DNA of 62,357 bases, counting the filler, from Basidiobolus ranarum (Eukaryota), in assembly GCA_040143965.1 (NCBI GenBank). It is 19 parts of 19 records of this genome, joined end to end, with 100 filler letters (N's around TTAATTAATTAA, not from the genome) between each part and the next. Parts side by side here need not be neighbours in the genome. Positions count along the whole stretch, not along the records: positions 1 to 3,200 come from JASJQH010002657.1; positions 3,301 to 6,500 come from JASJQH010002658.1; positions 6,601 to 9,798 come from JASJQH010002659.1; positions 9,899 to 13,093 come from JASJQH010002660.1; 15 more parts are not named here. One strand, 5' to 3'. The position numbers and the translations under genes were made by a program. Every line of letters begins with the position of its first letter. The stretch's first letter is position 1. The notes beneath the pieces were generated by a model. The model worked only from the letters and a program-made list of their open reading frames with translations, had not been told where the DNA came from and ran no database searches. Below are positions 1 to 13,093 of the stretch, piece by piece.

Positions 1-330
1 ATTCTCATTATGGCTGGAATACAAAGCCTAAAATATCTAAATAAAGGCATGCATATTAATTCGAATTCCTACAGCAGTAAACCCAGTAATTTGCCATTCA
101 AAAATTATATTTTTGCAAAAATTCCTGGTTATTGAATAACGCATACCAAATTTGAGGATCAATATTTTAACATGTATGAATACCGCTAAGATACCATCAA
201 GAAACCACCATCACATCATCAAAATCCCTGGCAGAATGCAACCCAACAATATTGTGACGGTTCTCTGATGGTTTTGCTAATTTGGAGAGTGGATCCAATT
301 CAGATCAAATCAATTTTATTTTTGTCAGGG
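1..330 (+). mobile_element. CMC/EnSpm (tnp2) element, transposase-distal end (End B)
   Basis: Ends ATTTTATTTTTGTCAGGG (rc CCCTGACAAAAATAAAAT); homologous to 6601-6894, 7467+, 20694+, 31814+, 61731+. Confidence 0.8.
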
Positions 331-1371
331 TTAGTGATAGCTTCCATGCATCATAGGGCCAGGTTTTTCTAGGTAGGCTTCCTAAAACTCCTGGCAAAAG
401 TCCTTAGAATTGGAAAGATGTGTTGCTGGCTCCCATGATTGATCATTTGTTGAGTATCCCTTCCAGTACTCTCAATATTACAATTTATGACAATGAATTC
501 TGGAATCTAGAATTTTGCTAACTTCATATTCAGGGTGTTCTTCAATTTGGATTGCTGGGGGTGGGACAATGGACTGGGCCTGGAAGGTGTTTCAGGCATG
601 TGGCTCCAGGAGAGACACATGGAATACATTGTGCACTTGTAAATGGCCTGGGAGTTCAATGCTGAAGGCTGCTGAGTTGATTTGTTGAATAATTTTAAAA
701 GGCCATTATCTTTTATGATCAAGTTTATCACAAGGTCTAGTGGTATTGATATTTTTGTGGAGTGGCCATACATAATCTCCTGGCTTGAGATAGGGGCTGG
801 GCTTCCTTTTCTTATCAGCAAAGTTCTTGTATTGGGATTGAGCATGCTCCAACTTGGATATTAATTGTTTATTGAGGTCCTTGAGGACAGCGGCCTGGTC
901 TGAGGCAGCAGGGCAAGGGTGATTGGAAGGTGGGTGAATTTTGAACCAAGGATGGTATCCATAATTTGCAAAGAAGGGAGTTTGTTTTATTGAGGTATGA
1001 TAAGAGTTGGTATAAGCAAATTCTACAAGAGGCAAGATTTGTGTCCAATTATCCTCATTGTAGTTGATAGTGCATTGCAAATATTGTTCCCAAACTTGAT
1101 TGACTCTTTCTGTTTGGCCATCAGATTGGGGATGGAAGGCAAAGGAGAGATTGGCAGAGATACCCAAGGTTTGGTGAAGACTTTTCAAGAATTTGGAAGC
1201 AAACTCAGGTCCTTAGTCAGAGATGATAGTTTCAGGGAGTCCGTGTGGGCAGAAGATATTTTGAGTTACCAATTCAGCTGTTTGTTTTGCAACAATTGAC
1301 TTATTGTGGGGCACAAAGTGGGCCATCTTTATTAGATGATCAACAATTACCATACTTGAATCATACTTACA
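331..1371 (-). mobile_element. Degenerate Ty3/gypsy (chromovirus) integrase plus chromodomain
   Basis: ORF 706-1188 has HPQSDGQTERVNQVWEQYL and EFAYTNSYHTSIKQTPFFANYGYHP; downstream ILDSR...WKGYS...SWEPATHL...KPGP is chromodomain-like, with stops. Confidence 0.9.
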
Positions 1372-1377
1372 TACCAG

Positions 1378-2493
1378 ATCAAAATACTATGACTCTTTTA
1401 CCATTCAGAAGTAGGAGGATTTAAGCTAATTATAAGCATTGGCCAGCAAGCCTTTCCAGCAGTATATTTGATTAGTGGAAAGCCATCCAGAGCTCATGCA
1501 AATGCATGATCATATGTGTTCCAAAAGAAACCTTGACTTTTCAGATTATGGTAGTGATATCCATCATTTATATTGGTAATACCATCAGCTTTATGGTGAG
1601 TGCTTTGGTATTGGAGCAATGATATATATTTGGGTGATTTCATCAAAACTTTAAGATGGGAATCAATGGTATGTAAGCCAATTATGAGCAATATTTACCT
1701 AATTCAGTGATTGCCAATTGTGTGCAAATAATATATTACTTCAGGCTTCTCAGATCACCAATGAAAGCCAAACAACCATTTGGACATGAAGGTAGTTTAA
1801 TTACTGAAGCATTATAGGTCATACAATTGACAAGTGTTTTCCACTTGTACCAGGTCTGTGGCAAGCAACAATTGCCAATCAACTGTGGTAAAAGTATAAG
1901 AAAACCAATAAGCACCTGGTTACTAAGATTGGATTGAACTCTCCGCTCCTCAATAATCAAAGCTGTTTCCTTTAGAGTAAGTGTCAAGAGTAGACTAATG
2001 CTTGCAATAACAAAGAGTCCACCACAGAACTGTTGTCTTCTTCTTCAACTTCTGATGTACTACCATCAATACTGGAATAACCAAGGTCAACATCAAGCAA
2101 CAAGTCTTCAAACTTGTCTGGACTTACTGGTTTGATCAAAGTAGTATTTCTACCTACATCTTTTTGGTAATATAACTGTTGTAATTCCATGGTATCTTAA
2201 CTATTGGCTGTGTTACCACAACTTTGAGGCAAAGTACAGTCAATGGACTTAGTTGGCAAAATTAAAGTTAATTTTATGCACTTATTACTATTGATATTAA
2301 CCAGGCTTTGTGCAGCAGGTGGCTTTGTACAGTGACCATGTTTGTGATTATTTTTTCTATAAAGGCTGCAGCTTTGATAGCACAAGAATTTGTGACAATA
2401 ATAGCAGGGCTTCTTTGAACATTTGTATTGTGGCATGAGAAGTATATTGTAGCAAAAAGAACACCTCTTATGCAAGAGGAGTATTTTAGGCAT
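1378..2493 (-). mobile_element. CMC/EnSpm tnp2-family transposase, N-terminal part (pseudogenised)
   Basis: CPNGCLAFIG, ITNINDGYHYHNL, ALDGFPL...CWPMLIISLNPP motifs; 1378-1610 is homologous to 9375-9610. Confidence 0.75.
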
Positions 2494-2684
2494 AGCCCAT
2501 CAATATAATCAGCTGACTCCTAGACGGTGTCACAAATAAGTCATCAGGGGATTTACAAGATATTTCCGGTAAAGGAAGCCTATTTTTGTTTGTTATGAGC
2601 TGTTTTTAAGCAACTTCATTGCACCAAGTTTATCATCCAGAAATTTCAGTGCCATTCAAAAAGCATTCAAAATCTAAATCATAG

Positions 2685-3200
2685 TTGGCTTCAAAGCCAA
2701 AGCCTGCTGGCACCAAAGGAAAACAAACAGCAAGAAAAGAGGACTTGACTGATGAGCAGTCTAGCAATCCACTGTCCACTCTGTACTGCATTAACATGCT
2801 GGAAACTAACTCAAGTAATTATGAAGCATTAATCAATTTACCAGATGTGTTCCTTTCCAGCAATAGTGCAAGTGATGAGATTGTAATCCCCCAATTATGT
2901 AGTTAATCAATAGTTGAGCAAAGTAAAACCAAAACACAATCAAGACCATCAATTTCCAAATTGGTTACTTTGACCACTATTGAACAACCTTCCATAGATT
3001 ATGTGGATAGAATCATTACAATAAGGAAATTGTAGGCCAAAAAACATAATGATTTGTATGCCATCATAAGTAAAAACTACAAAATTGCTTGCCTGAAATC
3101 ACCTGGATGGAGCCAATTGTGGAAAAACCAAAAACCAGGTGTTACTCTGAAGGTTCTTCACTTATTTCTTGTGGTTTATCTTGGGTCATTGCAAGCAAAT
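2685..3200 (+). pseudogene. Decayed K/S/T-rich ORF divergent from tnp2, candidate ORF2 of the CMC element
   Basis: Begins about 190 bp from the tnp2 5' end; CpG-depleted like the element; broken frames ASKPKPAGTKGKQ and YAIISKNYKIAC. Confidence 0.4.
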
Positions 3201-3300
3201 NNNNNNNNNNNNNNNNNNNNNNNNNNNNNNNNNNNNNNNNNNNNTTAATTAATTAANNNNNNNNNNNNNNNNNNNNNNNNNNNNNNNNNNNNNNNNNNNN
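3201..3300. other. Artificial contig spacer (first of 18; others start at 6501, 9799, 13094, 16387, 19679, 22971, 26262, 29549, 32835, 36120, 39403, 42686, 45967, 49247, 52526, 55804, 59082)
   Basis: Identical 44N-TTAATTAATTAA-44N block with stops in all six frames; the intervening contigs decrease in length. Confidence 0.99.
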
Positions 3301-3761
3301 TTAATACAGAGTGGCACAATATTGCAGGGTATCCACCCAATAGCTGGAAGAATGTTGATTAAGCAACATTAATATAATAGTGGGCTTTGATGGAGATATT
3401 GACACAAACTTGTGTTGGGTATGAGCCAAACCTTGGGTATAAAGAACTACATAAAAATATTCAGGAGAATATATCAAAAAATCTATGGATTTCAAAGGTG
3501 ACAAATTAGCACTCAAGTGATAAATGTGTAAAATTTGAGTTACAATTTTTGTACATGTGTTGATCCATAGTTGGCTGAGATTGTACCCAATCATATGCAA
3601 CTATTTTGCAAGATCTTGAAACTTTACTCCTGAAACTGAAAAAATTTATTTAAATCAAATCTAACTTGATAATTTTATGATGGTAAGTAAATGGTCAATC
3701 CTAAATGGATTAAAATTGTGATGGTTTTCCTACAATAACAATCCTCAAATCTCTGCTAGGG
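3301..3761 (-). mobile_element. CMC element End A
   Basis: Ends CAATCCTCAAATCTCTGCTAGGG; homologous to 9613+, 19779-20052, 59761-60217, 60218-60674, 60961+, 61310+. Confidence 0.8.
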
Positions 3762-5854
3762 GATGTCTAGGATACATCTAGACTGATTTAGCAAAATTTT
3801 CTGATTGCATTTATCCCTCTAGATTTTGATTCCAAGAAAATAACTTGATTTACCCATATCATTCATCTGAACTTGGCTTGATAAGCTGCATTCTGTCTGA
3901 TTAAGTGCTTCTAGATCATTTGTGGCTGTGATCAGTCATCCACAAATAATACTAAGAGAAGGATTCTATTTCTGGTTGTTTTGATGCAAATACTGTGAGC
4001 TGCTGGACATTTTTAAAATTTCAGCAATTCCAAATAGGTATCTATCTTATTGTATCATGCCCTGGGTGCTTGCATGAGTCCATATAGCAATTTTTGCAGC
4101 TTTCAGAACATGTCAGGGTGTTTTGGGGCAACAAATCCATCTGGTTGCTCCATATGGATCCCTTCTTCAGGATTTCCATGCAGAGATCTTGTGTTTACAT
4201 CCATTTGATGTAAATCAAGTATATAGGTGACTGAGGGTGCCAGGATTGATCAGATGGAGCTAAGCTTAGCTACTTAAGCAAGAGTTTCATTAAAATCAAC
4301 TCCTGGAGTCTGAGAAGAACTTTTTGTAACTATTAGTGTTTTGAACCAACCTGTGGTTCCATTAGCTCAGGTTTTAACTTTGTCAACCTATTTACCACCT
4401 ACTGGCTTTGTTACTGATGGTACAGGACTTGAAGCCCACGTTTTATTGTCCTGAAGTGAAGAAAACTTATCAGTCATTACTTTTCCCATAATTTTGATTC
4501 TGAACACTGCTGAGCTTGATCTAGTGTCTGTTGCTTGTTACCAAATGCTGCATAAATATGTACATCATCATTGAAAGTGTTCCACCAGTTCCCTGGCTTA
4601 TATCTTCTTAAAGATGATTCTGGGTTCTGAATCATCCTCCAATGTAATTGGGGCTGTAATTTGAGAAGAAAATTTGCTTCTTCATCAATGATCACATCTG
4701 TGCACTTGAGTGACTTCTGATTTTGGGTATCCAATAATTTGTAGGCCTTAGATCCATCACAGTAATCCAGAAATATGCATTTCCTGCTTTTGGGTTCCAA
4801 TTTAGTGGAATTTTGAGCTGGAATTAGGCAATAAGCTGTGCAACCAAAGAGCCAGAGATGATCTACAGTTGGTTTTGATCCATATAGGGCTTCAAATGGG
4901 ATAGAATTTTGTAGCAATCTTGTGGGGCATCTGTTTTTGATATAGACTGCAGTGGAGACAGAGTCAGCCCAACATTACAGACAGATTCACCCCAACTTTG
5001 GTAATCTAACTTTTGATCATATAACATTGATCTTGCCATCTCCAATATTTTTCTATTGACATATTTTGCAACTTCTTTTTTCTATGGAGCATAAGTAAAG
5101 TAGCTTTTAGCTTAATACCTTGATCAGCACTGTATTAGCAAAATGTTTAGAGCAGTATTCCCCACCATTATCCAGTACTTAGTACCTTTATTTATACTGC
5201 AAAGCTCTTGAATCAAAGGCTGATTGTAAGTGCCTCAATTGAGAGTCTCCAAGATGTGGACAAAGTGTGGAGAGTGCTTTCATCTGCTTCATCTTAAAGG
5301 CAAGGATAGCTTCTGGTGGACCCTTTGGCTCTATTATTTTTGCCTGTATCAAATCCGCAAAGGTACTTCCCTCCTAGCATAATTTGTATCTTGGACATCT
5401 AAAGGCAAAAGTCTTCACCTTCAAACATTCTCTGCAGATGCAAAAGTCTTGGTTAGAGTACTTGTAAGCATTCTTTTAACAGCTTGTTTGGGGCTTTTAA
5501 CCTGAAAGAAGTGTTTAGGGGATTTAGAAGTATTGTGGACCAGATTGGGATGCATGACTTAGCCACTTAAGTTTTATAGAATTGAATATGTCTTATTTGA
5601 AGTTTACTGTGAGATAGGACAAGTAGACATGCCTAGGTCATGACAAACATGTCTGTTAAGCATGCATGAAAATTTGGGGTGATTTTGAGATGTTTTGAGA
5701 AAATAGTAAAAATTGTTAATAGTGATCTAATTAATATATCTATCAATTAGAGCAATAAACACACATTTTGTAATGACAGAACTGAGTGATAAATAATCAG
5801 AGTTTGAATAAGCTAACCACTAAATAATGAGCTGCTATTTGACTAATTTCAACA
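3762..5854 (-). mobile_element. Degenerate Ty1/copia element (LTR-B family): 5' LTR about 5503-5854, PBS 5491-5502, gag deleted, integrase and RT relics
   Basis: DNGGEY near 5150-5172, MARSML, PFEALYGSKP...FGCTAY...KLEPKSRKCIFL; PBS rc GGTTAAAAGCCC. Confidence 0.85.
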
Positions 5855-5959
5855 TATATGTGCAACAGTTTGACTTGGATATTACTTATTGCCCTCAAAA
5901 AATCAATGTTGTAGCAGATGCTTGGCCTCAAGTTGATGAGTCCAAGGAAATCACTGTCA

Positions 5960-6315
5960 TATTGAAATTAGGTAAAGAACAGCTAATTATTTAGTGATTA
6001 GTCTATTCATATTCTTATTATTTATATATATGCTATTTTCTTTAAACTTCTGCAAATTATCTCAAATTTTCACCCAAACTTGACAGACATTTTGTTATAT
6101 TCTAAGCACATCCAATAGTCTAATTTCTTAGTAAGCTATAAATAGGACATACTGAATTCAATAAAACTTGAGTGGCAAAGTCACACACCCCCAATCTTGT
6201 CCACAACACTTCTAAATCCCCCAAACCATTTTATCAGGTTAAGAGCCCTAAGCTAGCGGTCAAAAGAATATCTACCAGTACTACTACCAACTTTTTTGCT
6301 TTGACAGAGAAATTT
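5960..6315 (+). mobile_element. Copia LTR-B with PBS (GGTTAAGAGCCC, 6237-6248) and start of leader
   Basis: Starts TTGAAATTAGGTAAA as at 10562, ends TTTTATCA; inverted homolog of 5430-5854. Confidence 0.75.
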
Positions 6316-6500
6316 AGACTTGTTCCATTTTATTGAGCCAGATCAGGCCAGCCAAAAAGTGTGCCAGCACAAATTGGCATGATTGGGCACTATCCAGCAT
6401 GACGTTATTTACCATTTTGCAAACAGTTAATTTTACTTATGTGGTATGTTTAAGAAAAGTACTTTTTGGACATTATTGCACATTCAAAAGATAATGACAG
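6316..6500 (-). mobile_element. Harbinger/ISL2EU-like transposon 3' terminus
   Basis: AGACTTGTTCCATT terminus; about 185 bp closely matching 22426-22610. Confidence 0.7.
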
Positions 6501-6600
6501 NNNNNNNNNNNNNNNNNNNNNNNNNNNNNNNNNNNNNNNNNNNNTTAATTAATTAANNNNNNNNNNNNNNNNNNNNNNNNNNNNNNNNNNNNNNNNNNNN

Positions 6601-6894
6601 CTAAATAAAGACATGCAGATTCATATGAATACCTACAGCAGTAAACCCTAAAATTATCAAATTAAAAATAATCATATTGCAAAACAACATCGAGATATAA
6701 AAACGCATGCCAAATTTGAGGATTAATATTTTAACATATATGAATACCATCAAGATACCGTCAAGAAACCACCGTCACAACATCAAAATCCCTGGCAGAA
6801 TGCAAGCCAGCAATATTTTGACGGTTCTCTGATGATTTTGCTATTTAGGAGGGTTGATCTGATCTGGATCAAGTTGATTTTATTTTTGTTAGGG
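6601..6894 (+). mobile_element. CMC element End B
   Basis: Ends TTTTATTTTTGTTAGGG and abuts copia sequence. Confidence 0.8.
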
Positions 6895-7466
6895 TCAAAA
6901 TTAGACTGACAAAGCCAGAAATGTATTTTTTGGGATATTGTGATGGACCAAAAGGGCACATCCTATATGACACTGAAAATAAGAGGCTAATCAAGTCAAG
7001 GGATGTTGAATTTTTGACCAAGAAAAATTTTCAATCAAATAATCCATGATCAAGTAAACAATCAAAAATTGATGAAAATTCCACTTTTTCTCAACAGATC
7101 TTGATCACTAAGCAAAAATATGAAAATTCCCTACCTGAAGTCTCCTCAACCAAGCCTATGGTGGCTTCATTGCCTTAATTGGTACCAGAAGTTGCAGTAT
7201 CCATTTCTCCATCTTAGGAGATCCATTTGGATGAGATCTCCACCTCACTATTTCTCTCACATTAATTACCAGGAGCCTTGTGCTAATTTAGCCTCTTCTG
7301 ATGAACCCAAATTGGTATGCAAGGCTATGGAGAGTCCCAACACAAAGTTTTTGAGTGCTGCAATGGCAGAGGAGTATTAGTAACTCATAGATAACCAAAC
7401 TTGGACTTTGGTTAAGTTACCTGATGACCTAGAATCAATTCAATGCAAATGTGTGCTAAAACTTAA
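6895..7466 (+). mobile_element. Copia integrase-RT linker fragment
   Basis: KCIFLGYC...SRDVEF, AAMAEEY..LIDNQTWTLVKLP; homologous to 30911-31480 and rc of 12240-12850. Confidence 0.85.
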
Positions 7467-9612
7467 ACCTAACAAAAATAAAATCAATTGATCTAGATTG
7501 GATCCACCCTTGAAAAGAGCAAAATCATCAGAGAACCATAACAATAGTGGTTGCTTGCATTCTGCCAGGGATTTTAATGGTGTGATGGTGGTTTCTTGAA
7601 GGTATGGTTGGAGTATTCATACATGTTAAAATATTAATCCTCAAATTTGGCATGTGTTATTTAATATCTGCCAATTTTTGCAAAATAAGATTTTCAAATG
7701 GCATATTACTGGGTTTACTGATGTAGGAATCTGAATTAATATTGAAGCCTTTATTTAGATATTTCAGGCTTTGTATTCCAGTCATAATGAGATTCAAAAA
7801 TACAAGTATCTTGTTATGTTTAGTCCCTACATATGCACCTATTTGACTGATTAGACATAACTCAACAACATTGATATGCTTTACCAGCAAACTGATGGTG
7901 GAATAATTCCTAATCATCTGAAATTTTGAATAGCACTGACACTTGGCAAATTGCTGATCTTTTTACCATTCACAATGAGAATAAGCTCTTGGATTTTAGC
8001 AAATTTCCACAAAGAATATAGCCAATATATCCCAACTTGCAGTAAGCAAATGTCATGCCAGGAGTAGATTTGTCAATGCTGGAATAGATTACCCCATGGC
8101 AAAAACAATAATACTGTGTATCTTGATCTATCTCACCAAGAAGCCTGTCTTGCAACTTTGCTAAAATACCATCAGATTATCACACAAGACATTAGCCCTA
8201 TAATAGAGGTACTTGCTCTGTGTCCATTGATTGGGCTTTGTTGCTGTTATTATGCTCAAATAATGCAAAAACCCATGAGCACATTGAAAAGAGCCCTTTG
8301 TTGGCAGATTAATAAGCTCTGGAGTTGCTTTACCCATTGCATTACATCCATACTGATTTTGCTCATACATTGTTAATCAGATTAGCATATGGTAATACTG
8401 ACAATTTCACATAGAGCATCATTTCATTGCAGGTGTGCTCCATTGTGAAATCCAAGAAAGTATAGCAAGGGCCTATAATCTTGGAGCATTGTGAAAGATG
8501 CAGTGGGAAATGTATTGAATACTAGCATAGATTCAGTCTATCATCTCTAAACCTGTAATAAAGTTTCTCATATCCAATTACAAAATCTTTGCACAGTTGC
8601 TATATCCGCCTGAGATCTACCAATGTGAGTTGATGCCATAAGAATATATAAACAATATCCACAAACAACTCCCAATGTGGCCAAAACTTATCAGGCAGAA
8701 ATCTTTTCAAAGTTACACTTGAATATATAAAAATCCAATACTTCCAGTCTTTACATTTGAATAATCACCTAGATGAGTAGATATTGATGGGAGCCCCAGT
8801 AAAATATGATGGTATCTTAATGTTTTCAAGCATTTTCCCAATCATTCCAACTTTGATCATATCAAATGGCTCATTCATATTCAATATTCAACTATATAGC
8901 TGAGTAAGTAGTAATGGAATGTTGTTGAATAGTAAGTGTATAGTGCCTAATGGTAAGCTCTGGCTCCAGCTGATCCCCTTTGGAAATGTAATCTTAGGAT
9001 TATGGCTAATACCATGTTTGATGTTAGACTGCCTATTTAGTTAATTGATTTCAGTGATCACATTGAAATCTGACTGGGCTCTCAATGGTAAAATGATGAA
9101 GTTTAGTGTTGTAATTGGATAGTAGTAATGCATATGCCTGTTAGAGCAAACTCCATTGCTTTGAAAAAATCTACAGCAAAATAGTGCATTGTGCCCACAA
9201 AAACCTCCAAATTTACTGATGGCAGGAGTGTCACCAATACATACAATGCTATTAGCTTTAATAAAATATTCACCCATCTGAACCCCATTATAAAACCATT
9301 AAAAATCTGCAAACAATGGCTCCAAGAGGCTATCTATAAGCACTGATGATATAGGTCCAGATATGATGGATAGTATCAAAATATTATGACTCTTCTATGG
9401 TTCAAAAGGAGGAAAATTTAAGTTGATTAAAATTATTGGCCAGCAAGACTTTCTGATGGTATATTTGCTCAGTGAGAAACCATCCAGAGCCAATGCAAAT
9501 AAATGATTATATGTGTTCTCAAAGAAACCTTGTCTGTTCAGATTCTGGTAGTAATATCCATCAAGTATAATGGTAATGCCATCAGCTTTATGGTGAGTAC
9601 TTTGATATTAGA
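7467..9612 (-). mobile_element. CMC element End B plus most of the tnp2 transposase (pseudogenised)
   Basis: Terminus ACCTAACAAAAATAAAAT; CIGDTPAISKFGGFCGHNALFCCRF, LPLGTIHLLFNNI, ALDGFSL...SCWPIILINLNFPP motifs typical of Transposase_21/tnp2. Confidence 0.85.
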
Positions 9613-9798
9613 CCCTAACAGAAATTTGAGGATTGCAATCATAGGAAAACCATCACAATTTTAATCTGTATGGGATTGACTGCTTACTTACCATCATAAA
9701 ATTGTCAAGTTAGATTTGATTTTAATTAATTTTTTCAGTTTCAGGGGTGATATTTCAAGATCTCACAAAATATTTGTGCATGATTGGCTAATATCTCA
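9613..9798 (+). mobile_element. CMC End A nested inside a tnp2 ORF
   Basis: CCCTAACAGAAATTTGAGG at 9613 interrupts sequence that continues in the copy near 1610. Confidence 0.8.
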
Positions 9799-9898
9799 NN
9801 NNNNNNNNNNNNNNNNNNNNNNNNNNNNNNNNNNNNNNNNNNTTAATTAATTAANNNNNNNNNNNNNNNNNNNNNNNNNNNNNNNNNNNNNNNNNNNN

Positions 9899-10603
9899 AC
9901 TAGATGGAGTGGTTTGAACACATTGAGACATTGCTGTGGCAGTGGGAACTCTCAGCCAATATCTCAAAAATCCATGATTGGAGCACAAAACTGCAGCAAG
10001 ACAAATGTTCTGGTATTTGAGAGGAAGTGTTAATTGAGTTCTGGATTACTCTGGCACTCCAGATGCACAATATTTTGAAGGCTATGAAGATACAGACTGG
10101 GGAAGAAACCTTGATGATAGAAGATCAACAACTGGGTATACTTTTCTCTATGGTATTGGGGCCATGACTTCAAATGGTAAGAGGCAGCCAACCATAGCAC
10201 TTTCCACTACAGAAGCAGAGTATATGGCCACCTCTGCTACTACACAAGAAGCTATGTGGTTAAGGAAGTTATTTACAGACTTAGGATACATGCAAAGATT
10301 TGCTATCACTGTATTCTAAGACAACCAAATTTGTATTTCATGATCTAAAAATCATACACTTCATGCTAGAACACAGTATATAGATATTAGGCATGATTTT
10401 GTTAGAGAAGCAATAGAGAATGATAAAATTGAACTTGTCAATTACCCAACTAAAGAAATGATTGCTGACATCTTAACCAAACCTTTAGCTAAAGCACAGT
10501 TTGAATTATTGAAATAACAATGAGGTTAAAGACAAATACAAAATATTTAGTTGAGTGGGAATGTTGAAATTAGGTAAATAGCACTCATTATTTAGTAGTT
10601 AGT
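9899..10603 (+). mobile_element. Copia RT end, RNase H, PPT and start of 3' LTR-B
   Basis: DWGRNLDDRRSTTGY...IALSTTEAEYMA...MIADILTKPL; TTGAGTGGGAA followed by TGTTGAAAT at 10562. Confidence 0.9.
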
Positions 10604-11194
10604 AGTCTTGTTCCATTGAACCAGGTGAGATTGTGCTGTTTGATCCAGCCAGCTGTCACACCATCTGTCACAATATGGCAATTACCATGGCTAGGTCCTG
10701 TAACACTTGATTGGACACCATAAGGAACAATATGGCACTATCCCACCACAATTGGACACAATGCTTTTTTTGGAGATATTGTGCCATCCCAAACGAAGTT
10801 ACCCAATTTAGTATTACCAAATTAAGATTTTAGGTAACTGACATAGCAAGTTCATTCCCTAGTCTGTAACTTACCAATTACTAATTGTGTAACAATAAAC
10901 AATTTTTACGGTGACTTACCCAGTCAAATGTATAACCAAGATATTCACATGTTTAAGGCCAATCATTAGTCCCTCACTAACAGAATGTCCTGCTTTTCAA
11001 TTGGGCCCAACAGCTCCTGCATTATGAAACAGCTGTAGTTCTGGCACACTGGTGACAAATCACAGCACTTGAAGATGGATCAATCTGCAGTATGTTAGTA
11101 ATGATCAGGATTGCTTGATTCATCATTTTTAGATCAGCAAATTATTCATTCAATCATGTAAGCTTCTAATCGAAAATTTTATCCCAGGCTTAAA

Positions 11195-12230
11195 GAAGAT
11201 AGACTGAATCTATGCTGGTATTCAATCCATTCCCTGCTGCATCTTTCACAATGCTTAGAGATTATAAGCCATTGCTATACATTCTAGGAGTTCTCAATGG
11301 AGCACACCTGTGGTGAAATGATGCTCTGTGTGAAATTGTCAATATTACTGTATGCTAATCTGATTAACAATATATCAGCTAAGTCAGCAATGGATGTAAT
11401 GTGATAGGTTAAGGAGACTGCAGAGTTTATTAACCTTCCAACAAAGGGCTCTTTCAATGTGCTCACAGGTTTTCACATTGTTTGAGCACAATAACAGCAA
11501 CAAAGCCCAATCCATGGACACAGAGTAAGTATCTCTATAGTTCAGACTAATTTGCTTGTGTAATAATCTGATGTTATTTATAGGAAAGCTGCCAGACAGA
11601 CTTCTTGGTGAGATAGATCAAGATACAAAGTATCATTGTTCTATCCAAGGGGTAACTTATTCAAGCAATGACACATCTACTTGTGGCAGGATATTTGTTG
11701 AATGCAAGTTGGGGATATATTGGCTGAATTCTTTATGAAAATTTGCCAAAATCCAAGAGCTTATTCTTGTTGTGAATGGTAACAAGAGTCAGCTATTTGC
11801 AAAGTGTCATTGCTATTCAAAATTTTAGATGTTTAGCAATTTTTCCACCATTAGTTTGCTGGTAATGCATATTGATGTTCTTGAGTTATGTCTGATCAGT
11901 CAAGTATGTGCATATATAGAGACTGAACACAACAGGGTTCTTGTATTTTTTGACTCTCATTATGGCTGGAATACAAAGCCAAAAGTATCTAAATAATGGC
12001 ATTCATATTAATATGCATTCCTGCAGCAGTAAACCCAGTAATTTGCCATTTGAAAATTAGATTTTTGCAAAAATTGCCAGAAATTAATAATGCATGCCAA
12101 ATATAAGGATCATTATGTGAACATGTATGAATTCCATCAAAATACTGTCAAGAAACCACCATAACACCATTAATATCCCTGGTAGAATGCAAGCCACCAA
12201 TATTATGACAGTTCTCTGACAGTTTTGCAC
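11195..12230 (+). mobile_element. CMC tnp2 C-terminal part, terminus deleted
   Basis: Reverse-complement homolog of about 7520-8545. Confidence 0.8.
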
Positions 12231-12239
12231 AAAAGTCTG

Positions 12240-13093
12240 GCTTTGGAACTTCTACAGATCCATCAGCTTGCTGCTTAACTTTATATACCCATTTGCAGCC
12301 AATTAATTTTAAGTCAGCAGGTAACTTAAGCAAAGTCCAAGTTTGGTTATCTATGAGTGACTCATACTCCTCAGTCATTGCAGCATTCCAAAACTTTGTG
12401 TTGGGACTCTCCATAGCCTCCTGTACTGATATGGGTTCATCATAAAAGGCCAAATAGCACTAGGCTACTTTTGGCTAGTGTGAGAATAGTAACCAGGTGG
12501 AGATCTCATTCAATTAGATTCCCTAAGATGGGAAACTTGAACTACAACTTCTGGTACCAATTTAGGCAATGAAACAACCTCAGGCTTGGTTGAGGAGACT
12601 GCAGCTGAGGAATTTTCAGTGTTTTTCTCACTGATCAGGATCTGGTGTTAGAAAGAAGTATTTTCATCAATTTTTGGTTGTTTTTCTTGATCCTAAATTA
12701 TTTTGATTGAAAAATTTTCTTCTTCAGCAAATTCCACATCCCTTGACTTGATGTGCCTCTAATCTTCAGTGTCATATAGTCTTTACCCTTTTGTTCCATC
12801 ACATTAACCTAAAAATAGACATTTATGGCTTTTTCAGTCTAATTTTGTTCTCTTCAGGTCTGGAATCATTGCATATTTAGTACTTCCAAAAATTCCAAGA
12901 TTAGCCACTTCAGTTTTCCTTCCAAACCAAGCTTGATAAGGTGTCATAGCCAATAGAGACCTAGATGGACATCTAATCCTAATATATATGGCAGTTGCAA
13001 TTGATTCAGCCCAGAACTGTTTTGGTAAATCTCAATCATGACGCATTGATCTTGCCTTTTCTATTATTGATCTGTTTGCACAATCAGCTACTC
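12240..13093 (-). mobile_element. Copia integrase/RT fragment
   Basis: EPISVQEAM...WNAAMTEEYESLIDNQTWTL...IGCKWVYKVK. Confidence 0.9.

Noticed and set aside
3245..3256. Regularly spaced TTAATTAATTAA motif about every 3.3 kb
   Set aside because: Artificial six-frame-stop spacer inside N runs; ORFs ending in X...N or X...LIN are artefacts
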